The translations under genes were made by a program, and so were the position numbers. From contig NZ_LT934425.1 of NCBI RefSeq assembly GCF_900232105.1, positions 3,690,001 to 3,722,000 of the forward strand: 32,000 nucleotides of DNA, written 5' to 3'. Positions 31,306-32,000 of the stretch are shown here, one piece after another; position 1 is the first letter of the stretch, and the number at the start of each line of letters is the position of its first letter. Source of the stretch: Candidatus Kuenenia stuttgartensis (GTDB lineage: Bacteria; Planctomycetota; Brocadiia; Brocadiales; Brocadiaceae). The notes below the pieces were generated by a model. The model worked only from the letters and a program-made list of their open reading frames with translations. It searched no databases and had not been told where the DNA came from.

Positions 31306-31525
31306 GTGGAGTAGTTTCTTGGATCTGATTCAATTGTCCAAAATTGAACCGAAACTTTTTGCACTGTTTATGGTTTTTTTCACGGCTTTTTACCATTCAC
31401 AGCCAATGGTACTGTAAAAAACATCCGGTTCAATCTGAAAACAGGAAGGATACAAAGTGTTTGTAAAAGATGGATATATCTGTTACTATTTTTACTTTTC
31501 AACGAAGACAAAGGGATTGTCGTAA

Positions 31526-31996
31526 ATGAAACGGAATGTTGCCTTATTAATGATCACTTTTTTTGCTTTCATAGCACTTGCCGGTTGCGCTACAGGACAA
31601 TGGGGACGAAGGAATTTAACCAATGTTTCACGGTATGTCAACGGCGATGCAGCATCGGTTTGGGAGGCGGTTGATCAGGCGCTTATTGGAATACGCGTGA
31701 AAGAGAAGAATGTAGAAAAAGGACTTCTGATAACTGACTGGGTTAGTGGCTATTCCACAACACAGAACATGGGAGTGCTTTTGGAGGGGCGATGGCACGA
31801 ACGTTACCGTTTATTCATTACCGTTGTGCCGGAGCAAAACAAAACCTATCTTTCGATAGGATCTCAGGTGGAACAGAAGGCTCCTGGCGGAACGCGCGCG
31901 TATCGCTGGGACCGCATTCCGTCAAATGGACTCCCCGAACAAATGATCCTTGATAGGGTTGAACAGATTCTTAGTGCAATGGAGCAGGCACCTTGA
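31526..31996 (+). CDS. lipoprotein of unknown function
   Basis: 156 aa. The signal peptide has a lipobox: MKRNVALLMITFFAFIALAG|C. The ORF is complete, with TGA at 31994-31996. Confidence 0.75.
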   Translation: MKRNVALLMITFFAFIALAGCATGQWGRRNLTNVSRYVNGDAASVWEAVDQALIGIRVKEKNVEKGLLITDWVSGYSTTQNMGVLLEGRWHERYRLFITVVPEQNKTYLSIGSQVEQKAPGGTRAYRWDRIPSNGLPEQMILDRVEQILSAMEQAP

Positions 31997-32000
31997 AACA

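Noticed and set aside
30515-31396. Minus-strand ORFs 30515..31066 (183 aa) and 31163..31396 (77 aa)
   Set aside because: The first is antisense to the pentahaem CDS and the repeat, with an extreme Ile/Phe/Leu/Arg bias. The second crosses the terminator hairpin and the duplicated segment.

Overview
The window looks like chromosomal DNA from an AT-rich anammox planctomycete (Brocadiales, Kuenenia-like). This is my inference from gene content: an HAO-type octahaem paralogue, Planctomycete-type cytochrome c domains, many multihaem proteins and glycogen genes. About 25 well-supported genes are present and nearly all lie on the + strand. In order they are: a cyclase/formamidase-family gene (partial, minus strand); a DUF1573 protein; a degenerate phosphoesterase fused to a tetrahaem c554-like domain; a glycogen block (GalT-family gene, glgA, a PAS-GAF histidine kinase, a CheY-like receiver, glgC); a porin-like outer membrane protein; an FAD oxidoreductase plus a GT-C glycosyltransferase; a cluster of secreted Ig-like (carboxypeptidase-regulatory-like) proteins with a dihaem Planctomycete cytochrome c and a DUF2325-like protein; an IS1634-family insertion sequence; a CDF metal transporter; the main locus described next; a UPF0104 membrane protein; DUF2325; an HD-GYP phosphodiesterase; a pentahaem cytochrome; and a lipoprotein. 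The main locus is 22387..26040. It encodes a family-1 encapsulin shell protein with a Sec signal peptide and an N-terminal dihaem cytochrome c domain. This gene is tightly coupled to an 852-aa fusion of a NirK/multicopper-oxidase-like copper domain with an octahaem hydroxylamine-oxidoreductase-like domain. Together these predict a haem-lined nanocompartment, assembled outside the cytoplasm, that encloses nitrogen-oxide or hydroxylamine chemistry. From memory, this gene pair has been noted in genome-mining surveys of anammox genomes, but I know of no experimental characterisation. Other signals: a conserved TGAGTCTCA palindrome at three promoter/leader regions; an IS that ends 4-5 nt before the CDF start codon; a mosaic family of intergenic repeats built from tandem heptamers and GC-rich palindromes, one copy of which duplicated about 42 bp of a gene's 3' end; and Gly/Ser C-terminal tails on three secreted proteins. 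I saw no rRNA, tRNA or CRISPR array.
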